Below are positions 43,420 to 45,468 of a DNA stretch of 45,468 nucleotides, one piece after another. The DNA lies in IMG/VR virus record IMGVR_UViG_3300026299_000108, positions 1-45,468 of that record; one strand, 5' to 3'. Under the pieces are notes generated by a model. That model worked only from the letters and a program-made list of their open reading frames with translations, was not told the DNA's origin and ran no database searches. The translations under genes and the position numbers were made by a program. Numbering within the stretch: position 1 is the first letter of the stretch; each line of letters starts with the position of its first letter. This DNA comes from a virus.

Positions 43420-45242
43420 TGACAGGCAACCGCCTCGCGCTCAACCTCGGCCCGCGGTTGGCGACGTCGACCAGCCGCCTCACGCTCAACCTGGGCGTGG
43501 CATGGGACGACGTCGTCGAACCGCCGGTGGAGCCGCCCCTGCGCGGCGTGTGGCAGTCCGGTGCTCTGCCATGGCGCCGGCACGCGGCGGCGATGGCAGC
43601 ATCCCGTGCGCCTGGCTGGGGACGCTCGCCGTTGCGGGCAGCAGCGCGCGATCTGCGGTGGTCGCGCGCCGCACAGCGGCAGTCCGCCACGGGGATCGCG
43701 TGGGGACGCCTGCCATCGCGGGCCCGGTCTGGCGCGATCGCCTGGTCGGCCGCGGGCCGCACAGGACGCGGCGCCGGCGCGCCATGGCGCTCGCTGCCGA
43801 GGCATGCCCGCGGCCTGCTCGCGCGGTGGGCCGAGGTGCGACGGCAAGCCTCCCGTGGGCTGTCCGGGCCGTGGCGCACCGCAGACCGTCACCAGCGGTC
43901 GCTTTCGGGCGGATGGTGGTCCGGGCTGGGCCAGCGACAGCGTCGTCTGGAGGGCGGCTGGAACAGCGGCACGCGCCGGCAATCCCATGCGCGCATGCCC
44001 TGGGGCCCGCCGCGGTTGGCGCCATGGCGTGTCCTACCGCGGCCAGACCCGCCCGTGCCGCCGCAGCCGCCATCGCCATTCCCACCCGGCAACCGGGTCG
44101 GGCTCAACCTGGGCTGCCCGCCAGCATCCGGCATCGGTATCGCCCCGCTCAACCTTGGCGTGACGGCCTGCTATGCCGTGCGCCCACACCGGAGGGTCTA
44201 CGTCGTGCAGAACGCGATGGAAGTGGTCCGCTTGCCTGATCGCCTGCCGATCGAGGCGGAATCGATCTCGATCAGCAGCAGCGTCGGCGCGTTCGGTTGG
44301 GATCTCGACATGGCGTTACTGCGCGCCGAAGATCTCGCCGCCCTGCAGCCCGGCGCCGGCGGACCAGCGGAGATCGAGGTCACCCTGAACGGCTACGTGT
44401 GGACTTTCCTGGTGGAGGACCACACCCGTACGCGCGCCTGGGCAGAAGGGCAGGGCATCGCCTTCATGGCCTCGATCAAGGGCCGCTCGCGCACCGCGCT
44501 GCTGGCATCGCCCTATGCCCCCCTGCGCGCCGCGGTGTCGACGCTCGCGAGGCAGGCGCATCAGTTGGTCGATGCGGAGCTGGAGTTCACGGACTTCACG
44601 GCCCAGTACGACGCCATCAACTGGATCGTACCGGCCGGCGCGTGGTACTACGACGGTCTCGCCCCGCTGGACGCCATCGCCAAGGTGGCCACCGCCAGCG
44701 GGGCCGTGGTGCTGTCCGACCCGGCCGACAAGGTCGTCCGCGTGGTCCCGCGATACCCCATTTCGCCCTGGGACTGGACGACCAGCACGCCGGCGGTGAC
44801 CGTCTCCGACGACGTAGTGCTGTCCGATAGCCTCTCCGTCCGCAGCGCGCCCGTCTACGATGCCGTCGTGGTCACCGGTGAGCTGGACGGCAAGGGCGTG
44901 CTGGTCCGCGCCACCCGGGAGGGCGAGGCCGGCACGCTGTACGCCCCGCAGGCGACGGACCCGCTGATCAACACCGTCGCCGTCGCCACCGAACGTGCCC
45001 GCAACATCCTGAGCGACCGCGGCTCACAGGCGGCGATCGAAATGACCTTGCCACTGTTCCCCGCCGCGGCCATCGGCGTCCCCGGGCGAGTCCTCCCGCT
45101 GGACCTGGTCGAAAAGCAGGAAGCCGCCGGCAACTGGATGGGCCTCGCCACCGCCGTCCGCATCGATGCGACCCGTACCGACGGTGCATTGCTCATCGAT
45201 CAGACCGTCACCCTCGAGAGGCACTACCACGATGCGAACTGA
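43416..45242 (+). CDS. Putative tail tip/hub protein
   Basis: Trp/Arg-periodic N-terminal half and hub-like C-terminal half; overlaps both neighbours. Confidence 0.65.
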   Translation: MMTGNRLALNLGPRLATSTSRLTLNLGVAWDDVVEPPVEPPLRGVWQSGALPWRRHAAAMAASRAPGWGRSPLRAAARDLRWSRAAQRQSATGIAWGRLPSRARSGAIAWSAAGRTGRGAGAPWRSLPRHARGLLARWAEVRRQASRGLSGPWRTADRHQRSLSGGWWSGLGQRQRRLEGGWNSGTRRQSHARMPWGPPRLAPWRVLPRPDPPVPPQPPSPFPPGNRVGLNLGCPPASGIGIAPLNLGVTACYAVRPHRRVYVVQNAMEVVRLPDRLPIEAESISISSSVGAFGWDLDMALLRAEDLAALQPGAGGPAEIEVTLNGYVWTFLVEDHTRTRAWAEGQGIAFMASIKGRSRTALLASPYAPLRAAVSTLARQAHQLVDAELEFTDFTAQYDAINWIVPAGAWYYDGLAPLDAIAKVATASGAVVLSDPADKVVRVVPRYPISPWDWTTSTPAVTVSDDVVLSDSLSVRSAPVYDAVVVTGELDGKGVLVRATREGEAGTLYAPQATDPLINTVAVATERARNILSDRGSQAAIEMTLPLFPAAAIGVPGRVLPLDLVEKQEAAGNWMGLATAVRIDATRTDGALLIDQTVTLERHYHDAN

Positions 45243-45468
45243 CCTCTGGGAGCAGTTCGGCGACCTCGCCGGCGCCGACCATCGTTACCTCGCCACGGTG
45301 ACCGCCCACAATGCCGACGGCACCGCCAGCGTGACCACGGCCGAGGGCTGGGAGACCCGCGTCCTGGGCGCCATCGAGGGCGCGACGGTGCCCTACAACG
45401 TGTGGATCCGCGACGGCCGTATCGACGACACGGCCCCCAACTTCCCGATCGCTGAGGTCACGGTGTGA
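45232..45468 (+). CDS. Small tail-associated hypothetical protein
   Basis: Start MRTDLWEQF overlaps the previous stop. Confidence 0.6.
   Translation: MRTDLWEQFGDLAGADHRYLATVTAHNADGTASVTTAEGWETRVLGAIEGATVPYNVWIRDGRIDDTAPNFPIAEVTV

Larger units (their letters stand above)
1..45468. mobile_element. Lambda-like temperate siphoprophage, right end beyond the window
   Basis: Integrase at a tRNA, then cI/cro, replication, terminase, portal, capsid, lysis and tail modules in phage order. Confidence 0.95.

Noticed and set aside
38489..45468. A remote third VR in the tail genes
   Set aside because: No TR-like segment or CALAVRR-type ending was seen by eye. A BLASTN of the TR against the whole prophage and host is needed, since the prophage continues past the window.

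Overview
This GC-rich window is most of a temperate, lambda-like siphoprophage. A Xanthomonadales-type host is inferred from gene content only. The left end sits at the 3' half of an initiator tRNA-Met, which overlaps the last codons of a large serine recombinase. From left to right it carries: the recombinase; a C5 DNA methyltransferase; a leftward early operon; a lambda-like cI/cro switch with recognisable OL/OR operators; primase and VirE/VapE-type replication genes; an iteron array and a candidate cos; terS; a 4.4 kb accessory island (C4-like RNA, KilA-N protein, split VirE paralogue); terL; head genes; a lysis cassette; and tail genes running off the right end. The standout feature is a complete diversity-generating retroelement (RT, TR, Avd) inside the early operon. 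It diversifies two tandem, small, stand-alone DUF1566/CLec-like genes, and no tail-fibre target was seen. All 19 and all 15 VR-TR mismatches fall on TR adenines, and the TR lies in frame inside the 5' end of the RT ORF. All calls come from reading the sequence by eye; no database searches were run.
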